NCBI GenBank assembly: GCA_964019425.1
Contig: OZ025789.1
Location: forward strand, 1,240,001 to 1,304,000
Source: Flectonema sp. DT1601
Lineage: Eukaryota
DNA length: 64,000 nt
Reading direction: 5' to 3'
Made by a program: the position numbers and the translations under genes. Positions 33,342-44,947 of this stretch are shown here, piece after piece (positions within the stretch are counted from its first letter, which is position 1; the number at the start of each line of letters is the position of its first letter). The notes beneath the pieces were generated by a model that did no database searches, had not been told where the DNA came from, and worked only from the letters and a program-made list of their open reading frames with translations.

Positions 33342-35660
33342 ATGAAGAGAAAGGTTAAAGTCCAGAGATACAAACAGAAAAAAGCAAAGGAAGCTGCAGA
33401 CCAAAGCAGAAAGAAGTTTATAAATGCCAGAGATGTTCGTGGTGTGAGAGGAGCAGAGGAAAGAGATGCGTCTTTGGGTGTCGAATTCAAATCAAGAAGT
33501 AAAGCAGGTGGAATAGTTGACAAGCGTATGGGAGGAGATGACGCTGACGAGGGGGACATGTTAGGCAGAATGAGAAGAGTCAAAGAACGCAAACTTGACA
33601 AGTTTACTTTATCAGACACTACCAATGATAACCTCACTCACTTGGGCAGTTCCATAGGTGAAGCTACATTCACAGAACAAGATAGGGAAGCTGCCAAACA
33701 ACTTCGTAAAAAAGATCGTTCAGAAATATTAGATGAAATTATTGATAAGTCTCGTGCCTATCGAGAAGAAAAGAAAGTCGAAACCGAAGAAAAAGAACGC
33801 GAAGTCACCCAACTAGACTACGACTGGGGTGCCATTAGCACCCTCCTTCCACTCCGAAGATCCGAAAAGAGTTCCGTTCCAGTCACTCAGTCAAAGCAAC
33901 AGCCAAAAGAAGATACGCCAGTGAAGGCAAAAGTACTAACTCTCACAGCTTCTGGTAAAGCAAAGTTGGAGACGAATACAGCTTCTGGAGAAAAGAAGCA
34001 AACTGATCGCAAACTTCAAAAAGAAATGGACAAGATTTTAAAAAAAGCAAAGAAAGATAACGCTGAAGACCTTCAACAAAAGGACCAAGCTGAAGAAGCA
34101 ACTGAAAAGGATGCCTACGATCTGATGATGTTGGGATTTGAAGACAGCGTCGTAGCAAAGGGAGGAGAGAGAACAAAAAGTAACGTTGAAATCGCAGCAG
34201 AATCATCAGCACAGTTATTCAGACTTCAAAGAGAGAAGAGTAGACATATGTACGGAGGTGATCCAGGTGAGGAGGAAGGAGAAGGAGGTGATAAACCTTT
34301 TCAACCAAGATACAAACCAACTGATAGTAACGATATTCGTGAAGCAAAAGCTCGTAGACAAGCTTCCTCTCTGTTTGAAGAATACTTAACAAGTCTTGAA
34401 CAAGAATGTAGTGTCCCTGAAAATATTGATTTCACCAGAGTAGATAGAATGCTAACACAACTTCGTGACTTAACAAGCGTCGGACAAGTCGCTGCTGTGA
34501 CAACAGCTCGCTCACTACTAGACGCTGTGTACGCTCTCCATTCTCAAGAGTTAGAAAAGCCTGATGTTCCAGTTGGTAGCACACCTTTCACACTTATTGT
34601 CTCTTCTATATTCTCAAAGATTTTCCCTTCATCTGATTTTCGGCATCCAGTCTGCTCTCCGCTAGCCTTATATTTGGCGAATTGCATAACTATGCCAATA
34701 GAAGATTTGCGTACTATTGCCGTGGGAATCTTTCGTTCTTCCATCTTAGTAGACATGAGCAAAGAAACTCATCGTTACTGTGGTGAGCTTATTACTTTTG
34801 TGACGAACATTCTTGGTATGACCTGCAAAGGTAATGTTAAAAAATCACCAAAAAAAAAACGCAAGCAATCCGATATTGAAACTGAAGAAGCAGCAGCAAG
34901 ACACGAAGCTTACCTTGCGCCACTCAGGGCTGAGAAGAGAGATAACTCAATTTTATCCCAATTTATGCCTCTTATACCACGCAAGGATGATTCGATCTTG
35001 TTATTTAATAAAGGTGAAAAAGCTGCATCGTTCTCGAGTAAGTGCGCTGAATTTTCAATTTTCTGTACCTCAGAAATCAGTCAAAATAACGCAACCCGTC
35101 ATGGGATTATATTGTCTCTTTATAGACTGGCTGTAGACGCAATTACCTGCTACTGTGGTGGTAGTGACAGTGACTTCTTACCTTCAGCACTCGGACCACT
35201 TCAGGAGACTCTTCAAAACATTAGCACCTCTAACGGAGCATGGTTACAAAAATCAAAGCATGTTGCATCCGTTCACAAACAGTTGCAGTCAATGGTAGAT
35301 GAAAAAATCCGTGATGCGGAATCGAACAGGATGCATTTAATGTTGCAATCTCATAGACCGATTCCGATTCCGTTATATCCTCCAAAGGTAACTGAGTTTG
35401 AGGAGGACGAAAAGGATGAAAGAAAGGCACTGAAGGCCGAGTACAGAGCGGAGCGTAAGAAGGCCATCCGCCAACTCAGAGCAGACAACAGGTATCTAAA
35501 CCAACAAAAACAACAAGAGAGATCACGAGAGATGGAACGCAAGGAAGAAACTTTAAAGAACGTCATGGCGGAACTCCAAGACCAACGTCGACTCATTAAA
35601 GACTCTGATCATGCAAAGGATAAAATGAAATCACTTAACAAAAAAGCTGGCAAGAGGTAG
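33342..35660 (+). CDS. NOP14: Nucleolar protein 14 (SSU processome, Nop14/Utp2)
   Basis: IVDKRMG, LTHLGSSI, EILDEIIDKSR, IFPSSDFRHPVCSP, PIPIPLYPPK, ERKKAIRQLRADN. Confidence 0.9.
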   Translation: MKRKVKVQRYKQKKAKEAADQSRKKFINARDVRGVRGAEERDASLGVEFKSRSKAGGIVDKRMGGDDADEGDMLGRMRRVKERKLDKFTLSDTTNDNLTHLGSSIGEATFTEQDREAAKQLRKKDRSEILDEIIDKSRAYREEKKVETEEKEREVTQLDYDWGAISTLLPLRRSEKSSVPVTQSKQQPKEDTPVKAKVLTLTASGKAKLETNTASGEKKQTDRKLQKEMDKILKKAKKDNAEDLQQKDQAEEATEKDAYDLMMLGFEDSVVAKGGERTKSNVEIAAESSAQLFRLQREKSRHMYGGDPGEEEGEGGDKPFQPRYKPTDSNDIREAKARRQASSLFEEYLTSLEQECSVPENIDFTRVDRMLTQLRDLTSVGQVAAVTTARSLLDAVYALHSQELEKPDVPVGSTPFTLIVSSIFSKIFPSSDFRHPVCSPLALYLANCITMPIEDLRTIAVGIFRSSILVDMSKETHRYCGELITFVTNILGMTCKGNVKKSPKKKRKQSDIETEEAAARHEAYLAPLRAEKRDNSILSQFMPLIPRKDDSILLFNKGEKAASFSSKCAEFSIFCTSEISQNNATRHGIILSLYRLAVDAITCYCGGSDSDFLPSALGPLQETLQNISTSNGAWLQKSKHVASVHKQLQSMVDEKIRDAESNRMHLMLQSHRPIPIPLYPPKVTEFEEDEKDERKALKAEYRAERKKAIRQLRADNRYLNQQKQQERSREMERKEETLKNVMAELQDQRRLIKDSDHAKDKMKSLNKKAGKR

Positions 35661-36084
35661 TTCGTCCAAACTACATAGAGGCAGCCTTTAGTTTGTGTCG
35701 TATTGTGACAACAAAAAATAAAGAATAAAAGAAGAAAACACCCCTTTTTTTCACTCCTCCCTAAAGTTGTTTTACTGCTTTTTTATATGAAAATATCACT
35801 ATATCAGTTTATTTTAAAGTTACGTCTTGTTGAATAAAAAGAAAAAAAAAAAAAAAATCAACAGTGTCCTCACTAATGAGGGATATCAATTGCTCTAAAG
35901 AAGAGATACACGTCAGATATATATTCCTCCAGGTGTTTTCATGAGTGTATGTAAGTAGTTTGGGAGTCAATGCCTTGTAAAGAACCACAGTGAGTAGTAT
36001 TTCGTCAGGTCTTTTGTTTTATTTATTTACCTCTTTCTTCTACAGACACCAGTAAAATAGAAACTCTGTCAATCATCTGACATA

Positions 36085-37660
36085 ATGGCGCTTGATTTTC
36101 GGGAGACAAAGCAACTGGTGTCCGTATTGCAAATGGACAATCAGTCTTTTCAATTTATATTAGAAAAATTGAAGAGTTTACCAAGACTTGAAGGAGGAGG
36201 AAGAGTATGTCTTGCTCTGCGTTGTATGTTCTATGATAACTACTACCATACTAGTGGTGCGGAGAGTAACTCAGAACTACTGATATCATGTTTCATTTTG
36301 TATTCGTTCTCCGTCCAAGGTACGAAACCGATCAACACTAAAGCAACATTGTATCATATCCTTCAACATCTTGAAGGTTCTATCCGTGGAAGTACCCTTC
36401 AAGAAGCAAGAGAAAAAATAGCTGTCAAAGTGTTTGTTTTGCAGTGTCTTGCGGGTAAAACAGAGCAGGAAGTACTTTCGAAAACTCCAAGACAAGTCTT
36501 AGCAGAAGAAGCTGCTGACCTTGAGATCAAACACGCTGAGTTACAAATCGACAATCAAATTATATCCAGTCTTAGAGAAGCTGAACAAGCATTCATGGAG
36601 GAAAAGTCACTTGCAGCTGATGGTCAACTCTCACGTGGAGTAACACCACTTGTTGTACTCCCTGACCACGCTGGGATTGATAACGGGTCTACTGAAGAAT
36701 GGAAGTTTCACACATCTGAGGTATTATTGTTTTAAATTTCTTACTATCACAACCGTGTTGTGTATTAATTATAAACTAATAACATAAAAACAGGTACTTG
36801 GACTTCGGTTTGACCCAATTTGTGATAGGCCTCTTCCACCACCACTCGGTATCAGTGACCAGGAGGTATGTATAACTAATTGACACGTATCAAACAAGTA
36901 AACAATAATAATAAATAACAAACAGCTTTCATGGTTATGTACTGAGGGACACACAACGGATATCATTTGGGACTCAACAATTAGTAACACTACTGATGAA
37001 GCGTTGGAATTACGTGACAGAGTTCAGAAGGCCCTCAGACAGAATCTCTCACCAGAAGAGCAGCAAAATTTGAAGCAGAAATTATCTCAGGTATGTCTTC
37101 ATAGATCATAGGGTACAGTCAGTGCATAAAATAATAATAATAATAAAAAACAAAAAAAAAAAAAACACCAACAGAATGATGATGTCCTTCTACGTGTTGG
37201 TGTCTCACCACTTCAGTTCCCAACATTAGTGGAACGGAATAGTGTTGTTGCGACTCATTTCATTTCTACTTTGGTAGCGACGAATGTTAGTACAGCTGAT
37301 GAGTTCCTAACAGCTCTGGTTCATATGAATCCATGTCTTGGTGCCTGTCATGTTATGTCAGTGTTGGTGAAGATGGTAACATTCCCACCTCATTACGCAG
37401 CTGATTTTATAACGAATTCAATAAACATAATAAAGTCACAAAGGAAAGCAACTGACACTCGTAGAATTAGTATAATCTGTCACTTCTGTCTTGGATTAGC
37501 GAGAGAAACTGATAATACCTCACCACGCTATAAGGTTCTTCAGAGTAAGGATGTTGTACAGCAACTAACACAGTTCGCATTGGACAACTCTTCTGTATCC
37601 GAAGCTCTCTCACTTTACAAAACATTAAAAGAGAGGGGTGATGCTGGTGGAGAAACATAG
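36085..37660 (+). CDS. CNOT11: CCR4-NOT subunit 11, 4 exons (36085-36720, 36794-36865, 36926-37090, 37175-37660)
   Basis: Three phase-0 GT-AG introns give RPLPPPL....ELSWL, IIWD, GVSPLQFPTLVERN, RRISIICHF and EALSLYKTLK, following the CNOT11 C-terminal pattern. Confidence 0.85.
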
Positions 37661-38664
37661 GAGATTCGTATCATTCAGAACTGCTCCACAGACCTTGTGA
37701 TTTGCGTTCCGCTGTTGTAAGCTCGACAAACTTACTTACAGAAATGTTTTACGGCATTTGGCAGTTTGCGGGCTCGACTGGCTGCGTTTAGTCTCACGCC
37801 TTACCAACAGATATTTATTTCAGTTTTTTTTAAAAAAATTTCTTTTTTTTTTTTTTTCGTTCTTTTTTTTTCCCTTCTTTTTTTATTTGTGTTGTGTATG
37901 TTTTGCATGTGATGCAAGTTAACAACAACTACTGATTCTCCCATCAGTAGTTTAAAATCAATTCACGTGACGTGCTCAAATCGAAATAAGTATAAGGCAG
38001 CGCGTGGGTGACGCGTTTTACGGAACCCAACTCATTCAAGTCCTCCGACTTGAACGTTGAAACTATCATAATTTAGTCAATGTGTGGTAAGAGGAAATAC
38101 TATCCAAAATCTAACGTATTAGTGAGTAGTCATTTAGTCATTGATTTCAATCTGGTTCCCTGGATCGTTACACTTTTCCCAGGAACTATTCGTGACTCCC
38201 TGATTACAGGAGATATTGCAGTTGCACATGCGAGATTTAAGGGGAAAAAAAAAAAAAAAAAAAATAGTAAAAATGGCAAAAAAAAAAAAAAAAGAAAAGA
38301 AAAGGCAAAATAGAAAAAAAAAAAAAAAAAAAAAAAATACCGATCCCTCTTAGTCCGGTAGTGTTTCCCATTTCACATTTGTCCCCCAAATCCCCCGGTT
38401 TTGGTAGTTTTGCTATTTTGTGTGAACGTTCGGTAGTGTGATCTAACAATCAATGTGATTGTTTTCTTTTTATAAAAAAAAAAATTAAATTTAGAAAAAA
38501 ACAATCCGCATCACTATTTCTACAACCCCAAATCAGGAATCAACATGCAGCTAAAATAGTAAGCAACTCATTGCTACCTTCGTTACAGCAACTTTTATGA
38601 TTGACTATCACCCAGCTGAACAGTATAAATTCCTCCCAAAGAACTTACAAACATAATAACAACG

Positions 38665-39399
38665 ATGGAGGGTATCGATAAAATGTCTGTCTCAGAACTT
38701 AAACGAGTAATCCAAGATGGAGGATTAAGTTTTGAGGGTCTTGTTGAAAAGTCTGAACTACAGGAAAGAGCACGAGAAGCAGCATCAAATCCGATCAACA
38801 AAAAAACTTCTGAAGACAAAAAAACTGAGAATTACTTACAAACGGCACAGAAGATGTCAGTTAAGGAATTAAAAGAAATTATATTAAAAGCGTCTATGTC
38901 CTATTCGGGTCTTACTGAGAAACCTGAATTGCAAGATCGGGCCGCAGCTGCATTGGAATTTCTTGCAAATAGGAAAATATCATTTTTTGAAAAACCGTTT
39001 GGTAGCACTCTGTTGACAAAGTCGGGAATAAAAAATACATCAGACGTTCTGGGTGATAAATATGTTCTTATTTACTTTTCAGCTCACTGGTGTCCACCAT
39101 GTAGACAATTTACACCGATTCTAGCTGATTGGTATGAGAAACACAAGGATGATAAAAACTTTGAAGTTGTATTCGTATCAATGGATCGCGACGAGAGTTC
39201 ATTTGACGACTACTACTCATCAATGCCTTGGACATCAGTTCCATACAACAGTAACAGAGAAGGAATTTCAGGACAATATGGTGCTCAGGGTATCCCTGAG
39301 TTAGTCGTATTGACACCTGAGGGTACTATAACTAGACGAGGTGCTGTTCGAAATGTTCAAGCTGACCCACAAGCAAAATGGTTCCCATGGAAGGGATAG
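38665..39399 (+). CDS. Tryparedoxin/nucleoredoxin-like oxidoreductase with two N-terminal helical repeats
   Basis: YFSAHWCPPCRQFTP, FEVVFVSMD, YYSSMPW, GIPELVV; MSV.ELK...GL.EK.ELQ.RA occurs twice. Confidence 0.92.
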   Translation: MEGIDKMSVSELKRVIQDGGLSFEGLVEKSELQERAREAASNPINKKTSEDKKTENYLQTAQKMSVKELKEIILKASMSYSGLTEKPELQDRAAAALEFLANRKISFFEKPFGSTLLTKSGIKNTSDVLGDKYVLIYFSAHWCPPCRQFTPILADWYEKHKDDKNFEVVFVSMDRDESSFDDYYSSMPWTSVPYNSNREGISGQYGAQGIPELVVLTPEGTITRRGAVRNVQADPQAKWFPWKG

Positions 39400-39503
39400 A
39401 ACTTGTTTTACTGATGAATTTGAATGCTTTTCGTTGTTTGATCAGCATCTTATGATGTAATTTTTTTTTTTTTTTTTTTTAATTAGAAAAAGAATTTAAA
39501 AAA

Positions 39504-40439
39504 ATGGAATATACACACGACGTTGTGATCATCAGCTGTAATGAGCTGGTCAATCCGAAGCCAACAGACGACCCGTTAGTTGCGGAGGTTCACAAGAATG
39601 TCACTATTGAGGATGCTACGTTAGCATCAGCACTTGAGAAGAGAGGAATGCGAGTAATAAGAGTTAGTTGGGATGATAAAAATTTCGATTGGAAAGCATG
39701 CAAAGCTGCAATAATAAGATCTACTTGGGATTATCAAAACAGACACGTCGAGTTCACAAAATGGTTGAAATCTGTTGAGGAAAACGGGAGGACGCAGTTG
39801 GTCAATCGTCCATCTCTTCTGCATTGGAATGTCCACAAAAAATATTTATTTGAATTATCAGACAAAGGGATTCCTATTCCCAGAACCATCTTATTACAAA
39901 AACACGACAAGCGTACCATTGGTGAGTTAGTCAGTTCTGTTTCGGATCAGTGGGATCCAAAGTTTATAATAAAACCTGCTGTCTCCGCATCAGCCAGACA
40001 CACGCATTGCTTTGCCGCAGGAGAAGAACGTCCTTTTGAGAAGAAGTTTGCCGAGTTACTTGAAACAGAAGACATGTTGTTTCAAGAGTACGCTGATAAG
40101 ATAACAACCGATGGAGAAATATCACTAATGGTAATCGGCGGGAAGTTCACACACGCAGTTCTTAAACGTCCTATGAAGGGAGACTTTCGCGTTCAAGACG
40201 ACTTCGGTGGCACTGTCAGCACTTACAATGCCACCCCTGAGCAGATAACCCTCGCAGAGAAGGTGGTTTCATTACTACCATGGCCACCAGTCTATGCGAG
40301 AGTCGATCTATTTTGGGACAACAGAGGTAGCATCGTTCTCGGAGAGGTTGAACTTCTTGAACCAGAGCTTTGGTTTCGTTTCAACCAAGACAGTGCAGAG
40401 AGATGTGCTGAGTCTCTTTGCGCAGTAATATCAAAATAA
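39504..40439 (+). CDS. ATP-grasp ligase (RimK/glutathione-synthetase-like, bacterial-type)
   Basis: IIRSTWDY, WNVHKKYL, IKPAVSASA, GEISL, HAVLKRP..GDFRVQDDFGG, YARVD, EVELLEPELW; intronless. Confidence 0.85.
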   Translation: MEYTHDVVIISCNELVNPKPTDDPLVAEVHKNVTIEDATLASALEKRGMRVIRVSWDDKNFDWKACKAAIIRSTWDYQNRHVEFTKWLKSVEENGRTQLVNRPSLLHWNVHKKYLFELSDKGIPIPRTILLQKHDKRTIGELVSSVSDQWDPKFIIKPAVSASARHTHCFAAGEERPFEKKFAELLETEDMLFQEYADKITTDGEISLMVIGGKFTHAVLKRPMKGDFRVQDDFGGTVSTYNATPEQITLAEKVVSLLPWPPVYARVDLFWDNRGSIVLGEVELLEPELWFRFNQDSAERCAESLCAVISK

Positions 40440-40771
40440 TGAATCGATCTAATGAGGTAAAACGATTTAACTACGAAGATGAAAACTGTCTTCCTGACCT
40501 TTGATTGTATCATCTCATGACGAAACATTGATATTATACCGTGTCAGGTATGATCCTGATACCCGATTGTTATAAACCCTTTTCTAAAAGAATGGAGGAA
40601 AGTGAAAGAGGGGTTCTGGAGATCCCTTTTTCCCTACCTTCGTTTTTTTCCTTCTTTCTCTGTTTTTATTTAAATAACTCCAGCATCACCGAAAACGTGT
40701 TTTTTTTTTTCCCCTTCTTTTTTTTTAATGTTTTTAATTAACTTCATCTACTCAGTGAATGAGGTAGTGGA

Positions 40772-42346
40772 ATGACTACCCAAACAAGATATGTCTCAGA
40801 TTGGAGTGTTGTTGAAGTTTCTGAGTATTTACAATCGACCTCATGGATTGAAAAGAATATAATTTCACAACTCGTAGAACACGAAGTTGACGGAGCTGCG
40901 CTACTCGAATTAACAAAGGAAGACTTAAGGGAAGATTTCAACGTCCGTGAGCTTGGTAAAGTAAAAAGAATCCTACGAGGTATATCGAAATTACAACCAA
41001 CAGCAGATGACAACATTACAACTCCTGAATGTGATCTCCTGATAACAACGGCCGACTTGGTTCCAAATCCTCCCAAAATCAAACGAAATAATTCTCAAGG
41101 AAAAAGACCAGCAACAGCTACGGCATATCAAACTAAAACTTGTGTTTCTGGAAATGTTCCTATTTCAGAAAAAAGACCTCAAAGACCTGCGTCAGCATCA
41201 CCACTCTCACGTATTCCTCAAACAGACAACTATTCCTTAGGTATCCTTGAAGCAGAAAGACGTTACAGTGAACTATGCAGAATTCATTCTCTTTGGGAAG
41301 AATGTGTCGGTTGTCAGGTAAATATCGGTGAAGAGTCTCCTCCATCAATAACAATGTCGAATATTATTCAATCGTTACGAACGTATTTTAATTGGACTAT
41401 AGAAGAAGCTCATTCACTAAAGGATATCTTGAGAACTGAACATGGATTATCAGAATCCTTAACAAAGAATGGTTTCTCACAGATGTTATCATCAATATCA
41501 AGTTGGATGTCTCCGATTGAGTTCGATAGTTTAAAACGACATGTCGGTGGGTGTGTTGCTAAAGCTGCAGATGTCCAAGAAAATCAACGAAGAGAGATGC
41601 TAGCCGCTCAGCTATTTCGAAAATGGGACTACGACGGCTCTGAAGGTCTCAGTCAGGAAGAGTACGATGAAGTTCTTGTTGAATTTCAAAAAACATCAAC
41701 CGACATAAAAGGTGATACTGATACCATGAAGGCCTACGATCATAATGGTGATGGTTGTCTGGATATATCTGAATTTACTGAATTGTTACTACAGCTTTGG
41801 AAAAAAGAGACGTCGCATTCGTTTGATACGAAATATTTCAGACTCTCAAGAGTCGTAGATGACGTTGTGTTGTGTAATAAACAACACTACAATATCTCAG
41901 CTGATAGTTTGTCTCAAATTCTAACTAAAATAACTTCAACAAACCCACTCATATTATACGGAACATCACTTGACCCGAGTAGAGCTGTTGAGGAGGCATC
42001 ATCATCTAACGATGTTAAACTAAATCCTATTCTAGTGACACATAAACAAGCTGAACAGGAAGCTCTTGATAAAGTATCTCGGTTAGGGTTCGGAAGAGGT
42101 CATTGGATATATTTGGTAATTGGTCAGAATTATGAAGCTGACGAGTTTTATAGAGCCCTTGGTCTACGATTGCAGACACTCAGCAGTTGGATGATTCACA
42201 GTCAATTCAGGTTAATAGTAATGCATCCATATAGATCTACTGTTGGGTTACCGAGTGTGTTATTATTACCATCTGTACAACTAAATATTGATAATTACCA
42301 AGTTCACGAAGTCATAAGGCAATATGAAGCCACGAGAGTTCCGTAA
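40772..42346 (+). CDS. SAM domain + EF-hand protein with dynein-AAA6-like C-terminus
   Basis: WSVVEVSEYL...HEVDGAALLELTKEDL (SAM); DYDGSEGLSQEE and DHNGDGCLDISE (EF-hands); PLIL...DP...GHWIYL...HSQFRLIV. Confidence 0.75.
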   Translation: MTTQTRYVSDWSVVEVSEYLQSTSWIEKNIISQLVEHEVDGAALLELTKEDLREDFNVRELGKVKRILRGISKLQPTADDNITTPECDLLITTADLVPNPPKIKRNNSQGKRPATATAYQTKTCVSGNVPISEKRPQRPASASPLSRIPQTDNYSLGILEAERRYSELCRIHSLWEECVGCQVNIGEESPPSITMSNIIQSLRTYFNWTIEEAHSLKDILRTEHGLSESLTKNGFSQMLSSISSWMSPIEFDSLKRHVGGCVAKAADVQENQRREMLAAQLFRKWDYDGSEGLSQEEYDEVLVEFQKTSTDIKGDTDTMKAYDHNGDGCLDISEFTELLLQLWKKETSHSFDTKYFRLSRVVDDVVLCNKQHYNISADSLSQILTKITSTNPLILYGTSLDPSRAVEEASSSNDVKLNPILVTHKQAEQEALDKVSRLGFGRGHWIYLVIGQNYEADEFYRALGLRLQTLSSWMIHSQFRLIVMHPYRSTVGLPSVLLLPSVQLNIDNYQVHEVIRQYEATRVP

Positions 42347-42673
42347 TACACTAAAGTAGCTTAACTATAGTGTCCTTCCCCTCTGGTGTGAATTTATCCA
42401 TCATTTTTTTTTTTTTTTTTTAAAAGTACCCTTTTTATTTACACAATTATAATTTATTTGGAAAAAAAATAAGAATAAAAATAATCTCACCGAAGTAAAG
42501 GTAAGTTATGTATTTTTCAGTGCATTGCAGCACGACGAAGGTTTTTTTTTTTTTTTTTTTTTCTTCTTTTCTCTCCTTTTCTTTCTATTTCTTTTCTAAA
42601 ATCTCATATTCAATTGTTATTTTTGAATTTAGTTATTATTCTTTATAAAGTAAGTATCAAACTTGAATAAAAA

Positions 42674-43360
42674 ATGAGAAGTCAGAGTGCAGCCCGCATA
42701 ATTACGGGTCCTAAGAGAGTGTCGCGACCAATCACTCTCGTTCTTGATATGGATGAAACACTTCTTCATAGTGAGGTAGCGCGACGGTATTCCCCAATGA
42801 AAACAATTGATCCGGTTATTACACAAAATGAACCGACTGGAATGCATCACACCGTCAGGTGGCCTGACGGATTCGCGATGTCTGTGGTGTTGAGACCGGG
42901 TGTTCATGAATTTTTGGAATTCACTGCAAAACATTTTGAAGTAATCCTATGGACTGCGGGTACGGAAGAATATGTTAAGCAAGCACTAAAGCTTTTGGAC
43001 CCATCAAAATCAATATTTAGTTACGTAGTAAGCAGAGACGACTCATGGTTTAGTCATGGTGATTATGTAAAAGACCTTCGTCAACTTGGTCGGTCACTTT
43101 CACAAACTATCATTGTAGATAACACAGCTGCAGTCTGTCGTCCTAATTTCCCAAATTCAATAATTATATCAAACTTTGAAGAAATGACGTCTACAGACCG
43201 CTCTGATACAGATCTCTCAGTTGTACAGAAAGCTCTCACTCCTCTTATCGATAGCGATATTGAAGACGTACGCAAACACATAACAACCACAAATCTCCTT
43301 CACACTATGAAGTTTTACGGTAGCACCGCGTACTGTACGCGACAAGTTGTTGCTTTATAG
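42674..43360 (+). CDS. SCP/FCP1-like (NIF, Dullard-type) HAD phosphatase
   Basis: TLVLDMDETLLHS (DxDxT), RPGVHEFL, WTAG, YVKDLRQLGR, IIVDN. Confidence 0.92.
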   Translation: MRSQSAARIITGPKRVSRPITLVLDMDETLLHSEVARRYSPMKTIDPVITQNEPTGMHHTVRWPDGFAMSVVLRPGVHEFLEFTAKHFEVILWTAGTEEYVKQALKLLDPSKSIFSYVVSRDDSWFSHGDYVKDLRQLGRSLSQTIIVDNTAAVCRPNFPNSIIISNFEEMTSTDRSDTDLSVVQKALTPLIDSDIEDVRKHITTTNLLHTMKFYGSTAYCTRQVVAL

Positions 43361-44050
43361 TACTGCGAAGGTCTCGCTTCGATCATATTTTCCGACTTTG
43401 AAAAAAAACTGACAGCAGATAGATCCTCAACCCTGAAGTTGGTAAGAAGTAAATCGCAAATCACATTATCGGAGTCAACTCAAAGAGTTAGTGATGTGAT
43501 GTGTAATAATATTAAATCAAATACAGAAAGAGTGCTGTGTGTTCTTACCATCTCTTTGTCGAATGCGGTTACTATCCTTTCGTTACGTGGGGATGCTATT
43601 TGACGATAGACTTGACATTTGAACCCTAACTAAACAAAGTGACAAGCACTATGAAAAGGGGAATTGGACGCTTGAAGTTGATCTCATCCTTTGACATTAG
43701 GACTGAAGTTCTGAGGCAACTTGTGAACAGTCTTGTACAAGCGAGAGCATACCACGGCCTTGCACTCGTGGAAGCACATAGAGTCATCAACAGGAACTTC
43801 ATGCTAAAACTAACGGGCTGCTCTTCATCAGCCTTCAGTCCCAGCTGTTTCGGTTGAATCTGACATCCTACCATTTGAGCAACACCAGCTAAATCATTGG
43901 CTGTTAGTAATAATTAGTGTTCAACACTGCAACTATCGTTTTTCTTTTTTTTTTTCCCGTTTCTTTCTATTTCTTTTCTATAATCTCATACAGTGTTATT
44001 TTCGAATTTAATAAACAACTTTATAAAGTATGTATCAAACTTGAATAAAA

Positions 44051-44540
44051 ATGAGAAGTCAGCCGGGTGTTCATGAATTTTTGGAATTCACTGCAAACCA
44101 TTTTGAAGTAATCATGGACTGCGGGTACGGAAGCATATGTTAAGCAAGCACTAAAGCTTTTGGACCCATCGAAATCAATATTTAGTTACGTAGTAAGCAG
44201 AGACGACTCATGGTTTAGTCATGGTGATTATGTAAAAGACCTTCGTCAACTTGGTCGGTCACTTTCACAAACTATCATTGTAGATAACACAGCTGTAGTC
44301 TGTCGTCCTAATTTCCCAAATTCAATAATTATATCAAACTTTGAAGAAGTGACGTCTACAGACCGCTCTGATACAGATCTCTCTGTTGTACAGAAAGCTC
44401 TCACTCCTCTTATCGATAGCGATATTGAAGACGTACGCAAACACATAACAACCACAAATCTCCTTCACACTATGAAGTTTTACGGTAGTACTGCGAAAGT
44501 CTCGCTTCGATCATATTTTCCGACTTTGAAAAAAAACTGA
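44051..44540 (+). pseudogene. Disabled duplicate of the NIF phosphatase gene
   Basis: ATGAGAAGTCAG is joined directly to CCGGGTGTTCATG (about 210 nt deleted, including DMDET); 2-nt deletion in GTAATC(CT)ATGG; 3' deletion removes the original stop; flanks 43940-44050 and 44540-44645 are also duplicated. Confidence 0.92.
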
Positions 44541-44947
44541 CAGCAGATAGATCCTCAACCCTGAAGTTGGTAAGAAGTAAATCGCAAATCGGAGTCAACT
44601 CAAAGAGTTAGTAATGTGATGTGATGTGTAATATTAAATCAAATAGACGTTCTCTTCAAGCTTAATCTGATATTAATAAATAGCGTATCAACTGAGATTG
44701 ATTCATTTTATTGTTTATGTTTAAGAAAGAAAATGTTTTATTTCCTTTCTTTTTCATTCTTCTATTTCTCTCTCTCTCTACCCACCTTCTACCCCACCTT
44801 CTATACCAAAATTAATGATACTAACTAACTAGCCACCGGGGTTGATGATTTTATGAACGAAATCGCGTTAACAGTTTTTAAAATAATTTATTTATTACAG
44901 AAGGGGTAGGCGGGGTCCCAACAGGTCCCAACACGATACTAACAAAA

